The notes: a model not told the origin generated them from the letters alone. DNA of 64,000 nucleotides from Chrysomallon squamiferum (GCA_012295275.1 CM022665.1:26970001-27034000), one strand, 5' to 3'; counted from the first letter of the stretch, positions 40,643 to 56,629 are shown. Program-made: numbers and translations.

Positions 40643-43216
40643 GACAATTTCTTAACATGTTTCAGCCATTTTAACAGTCTGCAAATTACTGCAGATAAAT
40701 TCCAGTGCTTGTACAATGAGTAACATTGATACATTGCTAATAAAATATTTTCAGGTTTCTGTTCCATCTGAAATACGTATTGAAAAAAATTTGTATTAAT
40801 TTTTCAGTTATGTAATTGATATGAAAAGAAATATAATAGAAGTTTGTTTTTATCCATAGCTGCATTTTTAAAAAAAAAAGAGGAAAAAAGCAAAAAAAAA
40901 AAAAAAGCATTATTACTTTAATTTTATTTTATCAAAAATAAAAGATTTTTTTTTTTTTAGTTTGGTTTTAGTTGTCACTGCTTATCATACACTGTTCTAT
41001 TAATGTTTTAACATTTATTCAGGGTTATGGTACCTATTAATGGTCAGACTGCACTTAATATCTTAAATGATTTGGTATCTAATCAGTGAACTTGCATTAA
41101 TATGTTGTATTCTTAGGAAGGAGTGGAAAAATAATTTTAAAATATTAATTTTTTAAATCAGAAAAATTTGGATTGCCTCTAATATTTATAAAAAAAAAAA
41201 AATAATAAAGAAGAAGAAGATGAAGAAGAAAAATACATAAAGATATATATATGCTTTCAACACTAAATGTTGCATTCTTATTCTGATTGCAAAAACAAAA
41301 ATTCATTAATTTGAATATAAAAAGAATATTCCTTAATAAAGATTTGTTAAAAAATGGGACATTTCTCTTCCATTTGTTTTTTTCTTTTCTTTTTTCTTTT
41401 TTTTCTTTTTAAATGCAGAGTGTATAATAATAATTTTCAATTTACAGGAAGATCGTTATGACACAGCTAGGCCATGGCCAGACGAAGATCTTTCCAAAAA
41501 GTATGTATCAATCATTGTTTACTCTCCAAAAAAAAACCACAATAAAAGAAACCAAAAAACAAAGGTTAAAATTAATTTATAACATTTTGATGTTTTTTTC
41601 CATTATCAGCTCATTTTAATTTAAAGAAATTTGCAGATTTCTTAAAAATACTCTAAACCTAAAAAGTTATTATGAAATATATTTATTCTTGAAATGACAA
41701 TTTTCAGGGTGTGATATGAATGATTAAATTCAAGAGTAGCATTATTTTGTGGAGCAAAATATAATGCTGGTCATGAATTTCTTACCTACATGAAATCATA
41801 CAGCACCTGGAAAGAAAAATAATAAAACAAACATTCGAATAATCATATTAAAAAACCTTAAAAATGGTATTCTAATTGAGATTTCATGACAAGTTAATTA
41901 ATGTTTTTTTAATTAAGTAATTGATATTGCAAGGATATGGGTAAAAAATATCTGAAATTAGCCACTTTTTTTTCTTTTCTTTTTTTTTTAATCATTCAAG
42001 ATAACATTTCGAACTGTATATTCTGTATAGTTTAACATTTCAAAATTGTTCTATTCTGTCTTTAATTATTATGGGAGATATTAAATTCAAACAAATTATT
42101 TATCTAGATTTTGCATTGCATTTTGTTGAGGAAATAGGTATCTAAATATTTCTTTGAATTTTTCTGATCATTCTGAGAATTACTCTTTAATATCTGTATA
42201 AACTTTTTATTTGCATATGACTGGATGAGCATGTTTTGAATGGTAGTTATTAATACAGTTTGAAATATATATATTTTTTGTTTGCACATATAAATTTAAT
42301 CATAAAAAGATTAACACACTAAGAATTGTTAATTTTAGTTGTAAATTTTGACTAGAATTATTAATGGCAAGCAGTTTCTTGAAATTTTGAAAAATGATAC
42401 ATCATTCAACTTAAAAATTCTGAAAACTATTTAATAATTGTTAAGGGTTATTTGTTCAAAAAATAAAAGTAAAAGTTATTACAAAACATTTATTAACGTT
42501 CTAAACTGGGCACTATACAATTAGAATCACATGTATTATTTTAAATACTGATATAATTCTCAATTTTTTGTTATTTCTGACAAATGTCTATTGTTTTTAG
42601 CAACTCCTTCATTATATGGATTGATGGTTATATAATGTAATAAAATTTCAAAGAATATGAGAAAAGAATCTGAAAATAGTAAAATTTGACTGACAAATAC
42701 AATATATATTGAAATATTGACAGTAAGATCAACAATACCAAAATTATAAGATCTTTAAAAAATGTAACATCAGTGTTTGTTTGCATTTCTGGGATCCAGA
42801 GCTATGTTTGCTCTTAGTCTGCATGTGCATCCATATGTTTGACATATACATAGCAGAAATAGTTATTTATGGAAAGGTATAGGATAGGAAACTGCAACAT
42901 TAACCACACAATTTTTTCAGTAAGAAATTTAAAGAAGAAATTTGCTTCAGTCTGTCAGATGCTGTGCCAACCCTGAAGGGTTAAACTGACAGAGAATTTT
43001 GTTTATTGATTAATGGCATTCTAAAAGGAAAATGGTGTAATTTTTATAATACCTGAAAGTGGTTGTTTTAAAATAATGGGTAATTTTTTAAATCTGGTTT
43101 TTGTGTGTGTATGTGTGTGTTTGCCAGTTACATTGTCTTATCTGAAAATGGTAGTTGTGAGAAAGAGTGATTGAATGATTAGTTTTATAAAAATGTGTGT
43201 ACCTGTACTAATTTAA

Positions 43217-43247
<31 letters not shown>

Positions 43248-46200
43248 TGACTGGTTGAAATGCTATGTTGATTGGATGATGGAAAGTATTTTTTTTTTAA
43301 TCTAATTCCTTCTGTTGTCCTTTTCTATTTTATTTTAATTTAATTTATTTATAAGTATACAAAGAATACTTTTCAGAAAAACAGTGCACACAAACCAAAT
43401 TTTATCAATAATGCTACGTGATCATTACATATCTGTGCTTATGTTTTCACTTAAAGTCATTTGACATTTGCAATATTATGCTCTGTATATATATTTATAT
43501 TATAATTGCACGATTGCTGCATTGTAAAATAAATTTCTTTCTTTGTACTAATGGACATTATTTGCTGTATATAACTGAACAATCGTTATGTTTAATATCT
43601 AATATTCACTAATATAAAAATCAGTTTTTATTAATACAACCAAGCATTTTTCCTTTTTGTTGTTAAAAGATTTAATGTTGTTTGGTATCTCTTTAAAAAC
43701 AAAATAATAATATCAGAGTCATTGTTGCCTTATTAGTATGTTAATGGTTTGAGTAATTTAATAGATTTGCTCTGAATTTTATTTGATGATAATTGAAAAC
43801 TGTTTATACTAATAATGGGCAAGTGAGTAGTTCTTTCTTTGTTTTGTTTTTTTTCACATATAAATTTCAGTAATAGATTGCCATTTTTAAAATAAAAATG
43901 TCAGGAGGTATGCTGTGATGTTAGCAGGTGTGTAGTAAAATGTAGGTTGTCAGTGAAAATATTCAATTTTATAATTTAAAAATATGTAATTGTATTTGCA
44001 TAAGAAACTGACAAAAAAAAAAAACCCAAAAATATTAATTTATTGCCATATATTAAGATTAGGAAGCTTCTAAAATAATGAGCATGAAGCTAAAAATTCA
44101 TATTTAGTTGTTATCTGACAGTGAAAATTTATAAGCTTTTATTTGTGTATTAAACTGATTTTTAAACTAATCTACCATATTTGTGATCAAAACAGAGAGC
44201 CATGAAGGTCTTACAGCATTTTTCAGTACACCATCCAAATATTTTTCACTTTCGTCATCTCATTCAATAACTCAATTTTCTCTTTATCCTATCATTTAAT
44301 GCCTTACTGCCATGAGGATCTGCATGTTGGTGGCTTTTTCCAGCATATTGTTAGAAATAAATCAGATGCAAATGAATTAGAGTTAATGGGGAATAAGAAT
44401 AAAGCATTTGGAACAGTTGCTAGTGAGCATAGCATGTTTCTTAGTCTGAGCCAGCAGTCTGTTTACCCAGTTCAGAATTTGCTGTAGTTTTGAATTTATT
44501 TGCTGATTATTTATTTATTTATATGTATTATTATTTATATATATTATTATTTGTCATTATTATTATCATTATTAATTTCATCATAAATGCCATTGTGTAG
44601 CTTTACTTTTGTTGATTGTTTTGATTTATCTCATTTTTAGCAGGTCCCTGTTAGAATGTGTAGAAGAAGAGCTATTACAGAGGTATTTATGTGTGGCAAT
44701 ATCCCTGTCTCTGTTCATATTAAAAAACAATATTTAAAAATGTTTGAAAAATCTTTTGCAGACAGCTAACACTATACACTGAATAATGTATGTCCTTTGT
44801 ATTCTTTTTACTAACACAGCATTCATGTGGTTTTTTTTTTTTTTGTATTCAGTTAAGAAAGCAAAATTGTTTAGTTTTTTCCTGACTTTTTTCTCTCTTC
44901 AGTTGCCATTCCAAAGCTTTTTTCTAGAATTTTAAGGCAAAACAGTTTCTTAACATTTTGAAAAGTGTTTCTTATACCATTTACTTAAAAACTTAAAAAA
45001 TAATTTAAATTGACCAAAAAGTTTTATATATATAGACACACACACATATATATGTAATATATACATATTTTCTAAATGGGAAGAAGAGTACAGGTCAAAA
45101 TATGGATATCAGTCATATACTGTTTAAGTTGACAAATCAAAATTAAAAAATTATATTGTTTATATTCTAAAACTGTCACAATAAAAGTAAAACTGATACA
45201 TCTGAATTTGAAATTTGGAGTGAAAGAATTTATAGATTTTAGTTTCAATAAAAATATTGAAAAAAAAAGAAATGGTATCATTAAAAATTCTTTTACTGAA
45301 AAAAACCAAAATATTTTCATCATGAATTATGAGCAGATGTTATGGAAAACATGTTAGGCTGTCTCTTTCTCTTCTGATCTTTTCTACTTTCCTGTTACAG
45401 GGCTCAGCGGAATAGTTTAGTATTGGAGGAAAATTCTTCTCAACAGTAAGCCACTGTTCTGTCTGTATCTCTGTGTATCTATACAAACACTCTCTTCCTA
45501 CTAAAACCAGTTCCATTTCTGTACTTACTAATAATTCACCTAACCACAGCTTCTCCATATATCTCATTTTAACATGATTAAAACCATTTACAAAAATACT
45601 TTAAAATATTATGTGACACAGAAGATCGCTTCTGAACTTCTGTCTGGCCAATGCAAGATAACTTTTCACATAAAATATTTGTTGTTCTATTAATATAGAA
45701 AACTGCATTTGTCAAGATTGGATGAAAGCAAAATTGAGACAAGCTTTTCTATTTACAAATATTTTCCTTGTGTCTTCTTTGTTAATATCAAAATTATAGT
45801 CTGGTGTAGTTTCTCTACCCCATGAGTTTATAATAAAAACCTGCTACTTTAATGAAGTGAGAGGTGCTCTGCAATTAATCTTCATCAGTAAATACCAGAT
45901 TGAAGTTTAATAGCCAGAAAGTAGTTTTATATCTCTCATACTGTTATGCCTTTAAGAGGTGCAGACATAAATTTTTAGATAAAAATATTATAAGAATAGC
46001 AATCACACCCCATCCCAGGTATAACATCATATAAGCGGTTGTTAATAAGATTATAGTGGCAGTAGTTGTGGTTATAGCAATACAATAGTTGTAGTAATTA
46101 TAATATTAGTTTTAACAACAGTTACAACTGTAGTGATCATAGTAATAACATTCACTGATTCAAAATACCTGATACAGTGGTATAGTTCTAGCAGAAAAGC

Positions 46201-48581
46201 TTCAATTAACATAGTGTCATTAGTAGCAATAACAGTTATAAGATGAAGCAACTTTTGGAATATCACAATATAACATTAAAAAAATGTCATACCAAGATAA
46301 TTTTTACAAAGTTTTCTCCCATTTATTTATTTATTTTATTATTATTTTATTTTAATTTTTTTCCACATTTATTTTTCTTTCTTTTTCAATTTAATTTACT
46401 GCCATTTATTTATTATATTATATTTGATTTATTTATTCATATATGAATGGAATGTCATATATATATTTTTTTTTTTTAAATTTTATTTCTATTATTAAAT
46501 ATGATCAGGTATAAATTGTCAGTGGGAAAAAATTATATACTAATTTTTTTTTGTCTATCTTAAGTGAAAACACACCTGCTGTTTATCACAACCTCCGGTA
46601 ATTTTAACTAAAATAGTTTAATTTCAGTAACAACATACAATTATATTAGCCTAATTCATAAATTGGTAAATATTTAAATAAAGAAATTATTGACTGTTGT
46701 AATCAAGTGTTGTAGAAATTTAAAAAACTGTTATTAATATTATTTTTGAAATATTTATAAACATGTTTGTTGTTGCTTGTAATTTTGGCTTTTTGATTTA
46801 ATTTATTATTATTATTACTATTACTACTATTATTATTTAGCTAAATTCATACTGAATATTTACTCTTAACAGTTATTTCCAGTGTCAGGAGCTCTGAAGA
46901 CTTATAAGCATGGATTTAAGTAAACATTAATTTAGATATCAGTGGACATGGTTGTTACTTAATGCTGATATTTTATTTTTACAGGACAACATTACCAGTT
47001 CATCCACCAACACCTCCACCAAAGGTAACTGTGGATGTTGTTGTTTTTTTCCCCCAAATATAATACTGGGTAAAGGAAGTTTGAAAAGAGTTTGTTAATG
47101 TGTATTTCATCTTTTATGGAATACTCTAGAAACAGCAGATCTAGTTTTATTTTATGCTGATTTAATATATATATATATTTTTAGGACATTTATGTACTAG
47201 TATTATATTTATTGCGTATATTTTGGATGTATACATAAACCAGATAACTCATCTCTTAAAGTTAATGTGTTTATTTCCTATCAATTAATTAATTGTATTG
47301 CTAATTATTATTATATTTTTTTTTTTATGGCCTTATTAATATATTTCTTACTTATTAAATTTGAATATCTTTACATGTTTTACAGAAAGTAATTAATTAA
47401 ATACATTTTTCAGCCTCTGAACCTTCTAGCAGATGCAGAAAGTAAGCCTGAAGAAGAGATGCTCTTGGATCAAGGACCAGATGTGGAAAGTCTTATAGAT
47501 CGCATGCTGACCTTTGACCCTCACAAACATCCCCCAAAAGCTTTTCATGTTGAGGAGGACACCCCACCTGCACTTCCACCAAAAGTTCGCTCACAACAGA
47601 ATGGAGATTTGAAACATGCCAAGAATGATGGATTTATGCCGGCTGAGGAGCCGCCCGTTGTTCCTCCACGTACCAGGACAAAGAAAGAAACTGTGAGTGT
47701 TAAAATATTTTTGGGGGAAACTTACAGTTAAAAATTACTCAGAATTAAAACTGGCCCAAAGAAGCAATATTAATTGGTGGAATATGAAATGATTACAATT
47801 GTTAACAAAGCTTACTTACTTACATGTGAAAATAATTATTATTTTATATGCCCTGATCAAAATTATTAACTATGCTTACTTATTTGACAGTGAATTTCAA
47901 TGGCATTCGGCTTCAACTTAACATTGCAGTTGTCTTTTTTGTACTGATATGTTCCAGAAAATCATGATTTATTTTGTTTTTTGTAAGAATAACACAAAGC
48001 TTTAAGATACTTCTTTGTTTTCTTCTTCTTTTTTTTTACTCTTCTTTTTCTTTTCCTTCTTTTTTAGCATTCACGTTATGTTCTATGTTTTTCTTTTTGG
48101 AGTCTTTTTGGAGTGTTTCATTTCCATAAAATCTCATGTACTTAAAATTAACCAATTCTATTCCTGTGCCCTGTCTGCTAACAATATTTCAGATAATTTT
48201 ATAATAATCATAAAATTTTAACTGTTCTCCATTTCCTTTTAACTCTCATTGTGATTTCCTTTTTTCTTATGTGTGTGCTTCCCTTACATTTCAGGAAACT
48301 GTACACGTTGAAGTGAGTAACTGCATGTTGCATTTGGTACTTTTTTCTCTTCGTACTCTACCATCATTTGTTATTACGTATGTGTATTACACCTGCCTGT
48401 TTCATATAATTAACTGTATTTATCCACTTAATTCAGTCACTGATGATAAAATAGGTTTATTACATTTTCATCTAACCATTAACTCTTTCAAAACAAAAAA
48501 AAATGTTTTTATATGTTTGTTTTTATTTTTGTTGTTGTTGTTTTTGGGGGGTTTTATGTTTGTTTTTTGTTTTTTTTTTTT

Positions 48582-48614
<33 letters not shown>

Positions 48615-51600
48615 TGTTGTTGTTGCTCTTTTTTGTTACTAGGACAAATTTATTGAAATGAAAATGATGACACATTTACATTATATATGTGTGTTATAAT
48701 CTATATTGTATCAACCACCTCTGTGGGGCACCTGTCCAGGTATGGACTACATTGTATGGAGGGAAAAAAATAATGCATCCTGTAAATCTCTATTCAGTAA
48801 ATGGCCGATACCCCATTTTGGAGTGGGAATTTTAGATTCCTTCCACTGTGAGATATAAATACTGATGTGGAAAAAATGTTTTGATTACCGAGATGCAAAC
48901 TTTTAAAGATTTTAATACTTAATTTACAATAAGAATGTTTGTACTTCATTCTTTAATTCTTACGATTTAATATGCTAAACAAAATTTGTTCTTAATTTTA
49001 CTGTAAGTTCCCTTTTTTTTTCTCTACAGTCCAAGCCACGACCGGTGAGCAATGGTCTTCCACCAACTCCTAAAGTTCATGTAAGTCTTTTAATGGTCTA
49101 CTTTACTAGCATTTTAAAAACTGTTCTAAATATAGTGACACACAGAGAAAAACATTCAAAATTATTTTTAAAAATATTAAAATCTGCTTTTAAAATATTA
49201 GTTCTTGTTATTTAACATCCGATCTGCATTTGGAAAAAAAAATATTTTATATCTGAATAATATATTTTAGCAAGTAGATTTTTGTTATTTGAGTTATTCT
49301 CATAAAATTGTTTTATAGATGGGAGCTTGTTTTTCCAAAGTCTTCAATGGCTGCCCTTTGCAGATAAACTGTACAGCTAGTTGGGTGCATCCAGAAACTA
49401 GAGGTATTAGCAATATTCTTCACTAATTTTGCTTATGATAAATCATTAAAAAAAAATAATAATAATTATAAATAAACCTTTTCTTATACTTTAATTTTTT
49501 TTTGTATATTGTTTTCAGTTTTATATTCTACCAGTAAAAACATTGTTTTTTCAAGCAAATTTTGTTTAATATATGTAGCCAGAGAAATTTTTTTTTTTAC
49601 AGACTAATTTACGCATAACTAGGCTTCTATGTCACACATTTTACAGTCACCAACCCCCATAAAGATTTTGTAAATGTTACGATGTGTGAAACATGAAAAT
49701 GTGTGTGTGTTTGTGATATTAACTGTAAAAATTGCTGATATATTTCCTTTTTCTTTTTTTCCTCCATTTGACTAAAAGATAATTATATTTTGTTAAAATT
49801 CAGTTTTAAACGAACATCTAAACTTGATTGTATTTTGATTTTTGATTTTTATTTTCCAGATCAGTACATTTTGATTGGTGCTAATGAAGGTCTTTACACT
49901 TTAAACCTGAATGAAATTCATGAATCATCTCTAGAGCTAGTTAGTTATCTTTTTAATTAGGTTTCTTGCAATACTGTTGTGATTTTTCAATTAAATATCT
50001 GATCATGGAAACAGTAAATTTTGTTAATTTTATCTAAACGTAAATTACTCATTGTAACTAAAATTAATCCACTGAAACTGCTAAAATATTTTGATTTTAA
50101 AATGTTCTTGTTATGTCTGTAAGTATTTGAAAATAAAATGGTTTCTTCTTTTATTTTTCTCCTTTTTATTAGTCAATTATATCAGAATTTGTTTGCCTTT
50201 CTTCTTTAAAATGTCAAAATGACATAAAAAATAATTTGCATTTTAAGGGCTAATAATTGTTATTCTTCAGATACAAGCAAGAATGTGTACTTGGCTGTAT
50301 GTGATAAAAGATATGCTCATGTCAATATCAGGTCAGTAATAGATAAAATATTCTTGTAAGAATTTCACATCCAATGCAAATGAAGATTCATTTGTTCAAA
50401 TGTATTTTCATTTATAATTGAACATTTTTATTAAATGTAATTTTATTTGTTATATATTTAATTTTCATTGTACTGATTACAGTTTTTTGAATCTTAAGTT
50501 TTATAAATATTTTAAATATATACTCACAGGAAAAACTCCTCATCTGTACAGACATGATCTTATCATGTTACACAGCAAGCAGACAAGCATGTTCTCACTG
50601 CACATGAATAAAATTCCAGAGAAGCTTGTTCCAAGGTGTGTATAATACCCTGGTATTGTTTGTATTTTTCTTTTTATTGTTATTGTTATTTTCATTCTAA
50701 CATGTAAACAGCCTAATATTCCTAGTTTTGGGTGTCTTTTATTTATTATAAGTTTTGTTAGTTTTCATTTCCTTAATTGACTGTAATATATGTTTTGAAA
50801 AACATTTGGAAGAACTAACTTGGATATAACAACAATGATCTATGTTTTTTGGACATCTTTCAAATTGTTATTAATGCACAGTCATCCAAAATGATTTATT
50901 ATTTGAAAAAAAAAAAAGAACAACTCTATATTTGGAAGATGTATGTGAAATATTCCTTTCAATTTCACTAATTTGCTACCATTTTTTTTATTTAAAGGAA
51001 GTTACAGCCAACAACTAAAGTGCCTGATACAAGAGGATGTAGAAAGTGTTGTGTAGGACGCAATCCGTACAATGGCTACAGATACTTATGTGGAGCACTC
51101 ACAAATGGAGTTATCCTGATGCAGTGGTATGAGCCACTCAACAAGTTCATGCTGCTGAAGGTTAGTTTTCAATTGAATGTGTAATTATAATTCCAGGATA
51201 GTTTATTGTTCAGTTATTACAAAGCAGGGTATGAAGTCAGATGAAGTCAGGAATTATTACTTTATAGATTAAATGTTATTATTAGATGGGATAGAAACGG
51301 AAACATTTTGACGATATTTTGTTGATTATCCAGTGAAAACAAAACTCACAAGATTGAAAAAGGGAATTCTCATGTTTTGTCATCAGATTCAAACAACTAA
51401 GAAATACACGCAACACTTATATGAACTATTAAGCAGAAATATTGCAAAATATATAGATAGAAGCAAGGAAAAATAACATTTACATAAATCAATTTTTTAC
51501 AGACTAATTTACGCATAATTTAATGTTCTTGGTTATGTTACAAGAAGATAGTTTGTGTTTCAGGTATTAGTTGATTTTGTTTAATTAACAGAACTAAAAC

Positions 51601-54600
51601 CTATTATGAGATAATTTTATTTTATTTTATTTTAATTATTTTTTATTTATTTTTGTTTTTAACTGTTTCAGACTTTTGAAATGGAGCAAATGCCAGCTGA
51701 ACTCCCTGTGTTTGAGATGTTCATTAGTCCAGAACTGGAATATCCAATGGTATGCCTGGGTATAAGCAAAGGGTAAGTTCAGAATGATACTTAACTGTTT
51801 ATATCCAATGTTACATTGTACGTTCTGTAAAAAAAAATGAAAATGAAAAGATTTCATTTACATAAAACATGTGGCAATTTCACAGTTCTTTATACAGTCT
51901 AAAACTTTTAACAAAATTCATTTTTATTGATTACATTTCTATACATAAGCTAGTAAAATTACAATTATATTTTATTATTCACTATTATTTGAATGAAATA
52001 GTAACCTCCAAATATATGAAATATATTTAGTACTTGTTAAATAATTTGTCCATACCTCCAAGATACATTTGGTTAGATATTTTTATAAATGTTCTGCCAT
52101 TTACAAGAAAATTTAGTAAGCATGTAAATTGGTAAATAATGAAATCAGATACTGATGAATGTTGTTTTATGTTTAAAAAAATATTAATAATAATAAAATA
52201 AATAAATAAACAATATTTTTTGTTTAAAGTATATTCTGATGAATTATTTTTTAACTTTACAGGCCTGATCGTCTTCATATTAAATTTAACATTATTAACC
52301 TGAACTCTGCTTCCATCTGGTTTGCTGATTTAGGTACATTTAACTCATTTAACTATATTAACATGTAGTATCTTAAGTTTGAGACTTTATGAGTAAAATG
52401 ATATCCTTGATATTGACATAATTAGAAGTATTATTATACTTTTTTAAATGTCTTTTCTTCAGTTTTCTTTATTTTTATATTTTGTTGTATTCTAATATAT
52501 CATGTGACAGCATGAAAAAGGTAATGGCCATACATAATTGAAATTACTAAATAATTTTTTATAATGCTTAAGAACTGAAAATTAATTGAATTTTCAAATT
52601 AGTCTTTATTTAATATACAATTTCTGTATTTGCTACAATATACTTTTTGTCAATTTCTGTTTTTGTGAAATTAAACTTTTGTTTTTCTCTAGGTGAGCCA
52701 CTGCCAGTTGTAAATGTGACCCAGATGGAAAAAGATACAGTACTGGTGTGTTATGAAAGTAAGTACTTTTTTTTATTTTTTAAATCATTTTTTATATTTT
52801 TAAAATAGTATAAATTATTATTGTTATTATTACTGATTATTATTTTCCTAATTCAGCAGCCTTTTAATACATTTATTTTTTCCTGTATTTTTTCAGATTT
52901 AGTGAAGGCAGTCAACATGAATGGCAAATTAAAATCCAGTAAACGTCAACAGGCTGAACTTCACTTTGATTTTCCAGTTGAATCTTTAGGTGAGTACAAA
53001 ATTTTAAATGTTTTTATTAATTTTTAATTAAAAAGAAATTAATAATAATAATATAAGCTCAAATGGAAATGGTGGAAGGAGGTTAAAATAAAGGACATTT
53101 GAGCACCAGTTGTGATAAAGAAATCTTATATAATAATGAAACAGAAATTGGATGAAAGAAACACAAAATGTTTCAAGCAAAAATGCAAAAATGGAATACA
53201 TCATTATGTTTTGGGGGATTTTGTTTTCTTTAAATATCCTTAATCATTAATCAGTTAATTCATAATAATAAAAGGAAAATGGTAATCACTGTAAAAATGT
53301 AAACTTGCAGGCAAGAAAAAAATAGGCAGTGTAAATCAGCTTTCTTATAGGCTAGGAAAGCTTTTTTTAGCTACTTAATTGTTAGATGGCCTCCCAACAA
53401 ATAGCTCAAAACTAACAAACTAGGACAGTTATTAAAGAGTATATGTTTCATAGGCCATGGTTTTTTTCATTTTTGCACAATTATATATGTACAGATATAT
53501 TTATTTGCCGAAGTTGAATATTGAAATACATAAGCATATTTGCATTTAGTATGGTATACACTCTGCCATGTGCACGTCACATTCAAAAGGAAAGATAACT
53601 TTAATTTTTCAAAAAGAAAAGAAACCTATTCTGCCCAGAATAAAAAGTAGCAATAACTCTTGGGTTCATAAAATTTTCTTGAGAAAAAAAAATGTTCATG
53701 GCTCAAATGCCATGTTCATTTGAACCTAGCAAAAGTACAGCTGTTGTTTAAATCATAAAGTAACCAGATGAATGTCATGTTCTTTTATATGCATGACTGA
53801 CCGCTTGCCATAAAACAAAAAATATAATTAAACATTCATTCATTCTTTTATCTACTTATTGACTACTTTTCACCACAGTATTGATAAGTCTTCTTTCTTT
53901 TGTTTGTTCAGAGAAACTTCAGAATCTTCTTCTTGCTTTCCATTACTGACTGTTCTATATGAAGTCCTTTATCACAAATTATTTCAGTTTATTTTCTTCT
54001 GAGGAATTTTAAAGCAATGAACAAAAATATAAATACAAGGGTTGAATGATTAAAGCTGATAATGCCATGGTTGTTTTTAATATTTTGTTTTTGTTTTGGG
54101 ATAATGAATGTGTTTGGTGTTTCTCTTTCTTTTCTTTCTTTCAGTTTTAATATTAGTACTATTTTTATATGATATAATAATATGAAGAAGAAAAAAACAA
54201 GAAGTAAAAAAAAAAAAACAATGCTAATTATATAAAAGTACAGCTTCAAGGTGTAATTTTAATTGCAATTACATTATCTGAATTATAAAAAAAAGGAAAA
54301 AAAAGAGACAAAACAAATAGAAATCAGTGCTAATATAAGAGTTATATTATTTTTATTATAATTCTTTAATTTTTTGTTTATTTTTTATTAATTATTATCT
54401 GTTAACAGTAACATTTTAAAAATGATTCATCCTAAGACACATGATATGTAAAGATTCAGATGATTATAATACAGCAGCATGGATTATAGTCAGTGTCATG
54501 TCTTTCAGTATACATGCCATTTAGTTGTGTATTTTCTTTATGACTGTGTTTATAACCTAATGAAGCTATCTTCATCCATAACAGCAGCAAGTTATTTATG

Positions 54601-56545
54601 TCCAACACCTGAGTGAAATAAATATTTAATATTTAATGAGCAGTACATGACACCATAATCACGAGATCGTGCACAGGAGTGTATTGTCATAGTAACACAA
54701 ATAAACAGTAATGTATAGTACATCTCACTCATCAGTACTCTGATGTCATATCATTCATATTTCATCACTGAGTAAAGCTGGTCCAAGAACAAATTTAGGA
54801 GGGGTAATCAGGTGTTGAACATAAATGATAAAGTGAAATTTGATTTTTTTTAAAAAGGAAGAAAAAAAAAAGATAGTTTGTATACTGACAATGTTGCCAA
54901 CAGAAAAATTGTCATGTATTTTTAATCATCTAAAATGGTTAAAAGAGAATGTTTATTTTTGGCTAGAATAAACTGTTAAGCAGTAGATATTACCAGCTGT
55001 TATTGTAAAATAAATTAATTAATTGTCAGAGATTAAACAAGATATTCTGACCATTTCTGTTTTTTTTATTATTGTGAGTGTGAGGTGAAAATATTGTTAC
55101 TGGCTGAGAAAAATATTGTTCCATCTTGGAATAAAGTTAATCATTAACCTTATATTAATAAACCCATATGTAAGTAAGCAAATGTAGACATTCATACAAG
55201 ATTTAATTTGTAATAAATAACTTTCCCCAGTACACCAAAACATGTTCCTATATACTCTTTTTGATATTTAAATTTACTGAAAAGTAAAAGTAATTTTGAG
55301 ACAAACAGAGCAGAAAAAAAATCCCCATATTTCTTAATTTAACATCTGTTTATTCATTAAATATCTGTGAATTTTGTCTTTAAAAAAAAAAATTCATTAT
55401 TCATACAAATGGTTTCACACACTGTTCACATCGTCTTTCATTTTATCGTAAGTCAATCTGTGAAGAACAAAGGAAGTCTGATTTTCTTTCTTCTGTTCCC
55501 AATTCAACCAGATAGCATCAGAACATGATACTAAACATGTATTTACATGATTTCATTCAAAATATTTTAAAGAAATGCAAACAAAACAATTTTAAAATCA
55601 GAGTTCAGACCTAAATTTAGAGCTAATTGTATGGTGACAGAAAACAGTTAAAAAAAACAGTAAACAATGATGCAGCAAAAACTAGGTATCAGTTTCCCAT
55701 TTGTTTGATTTTATGACTGTTATTCAGCAAAAGCTAAGACATTCTGTTCTGGACTTGTTTTTACTGCTTCCCTGATCACAACAATGTTAACTTAATGAGC
55801 TCTTAATATAATAACAGAATAATAACTTTTGTAGAGACTGGGTCAGAAATAATTATCATTTACAGCCATCCCACTGTCATAAACAACTATGAGACTGTCA
55901 TATATTGTAACTACTTGTGTAATTTTTTTTAATTATTAAATATATTTCAAATAGTTGAAAACCCACCTGAAACATAATTTATATTTTATTTATCCATTAT
56001 TTCATTTTTAATTTAATTGTTTATTAAAATATTTAAAAAAAAAAATTAAAAAAAATAACAGCACTTGCATCAATAGAGTGCTGCCATTTTGAGATCAAGG
56101 TTTTATTAATTAAATAATTCACCACAGTTTAATTTTGTAGTCAAGAAATACCTCACTTCTCTAGAATTATTGAAGAAATAATTTATGAAACTCATATCAA
56201 TTAATTTACAATTGTTGTAACATATTTCTGAACTGATATAAAAGAAATTAGGTCCTGCGTGTAATTAAGCCATTAAAGTGGTCTTTGAAGCATGGCCAGA
56301 AATAATTTCAGTGTGTGACTGCTGGAATGAACTTAAAGTGCTGTTTATGTATATCTGAATGTTCATATCAAGTCATGGATTACTAAGTAAAGTAAATATC
56401 TGTTTATACACAGCCAGTTGAAATTTTCTCACAATTAATTATTACATTTAAAACTACTTATATCTTGTTTGTTGAATACATTTGTGTTATGTACAGCTAA
56501 AATTATTTTGTTTTAATTTTTAATTGTTTTTGTTCTTTTTTTTCT

Positions 56546-56629
<84 letters not shown>

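Noticed and set aside
55407-55530. Antisense exon-like stretch ([37 protein letters not shown]) suggesting a nested gene in the 5.7-kb MAP4K intron
   Set aside because: It hits a stop before the candidate donor, and neighbouring fragments (~53870-53995, ~55700-55770) could not be joined in frame. It is more likely decayed repeat or chance.
56547-56625. Poly-T/poly-A hairpin as a functional RNA structure
   Set aside because: Homopolymer runs are abundant in this window and error-prone in assemblies; there is no other support.
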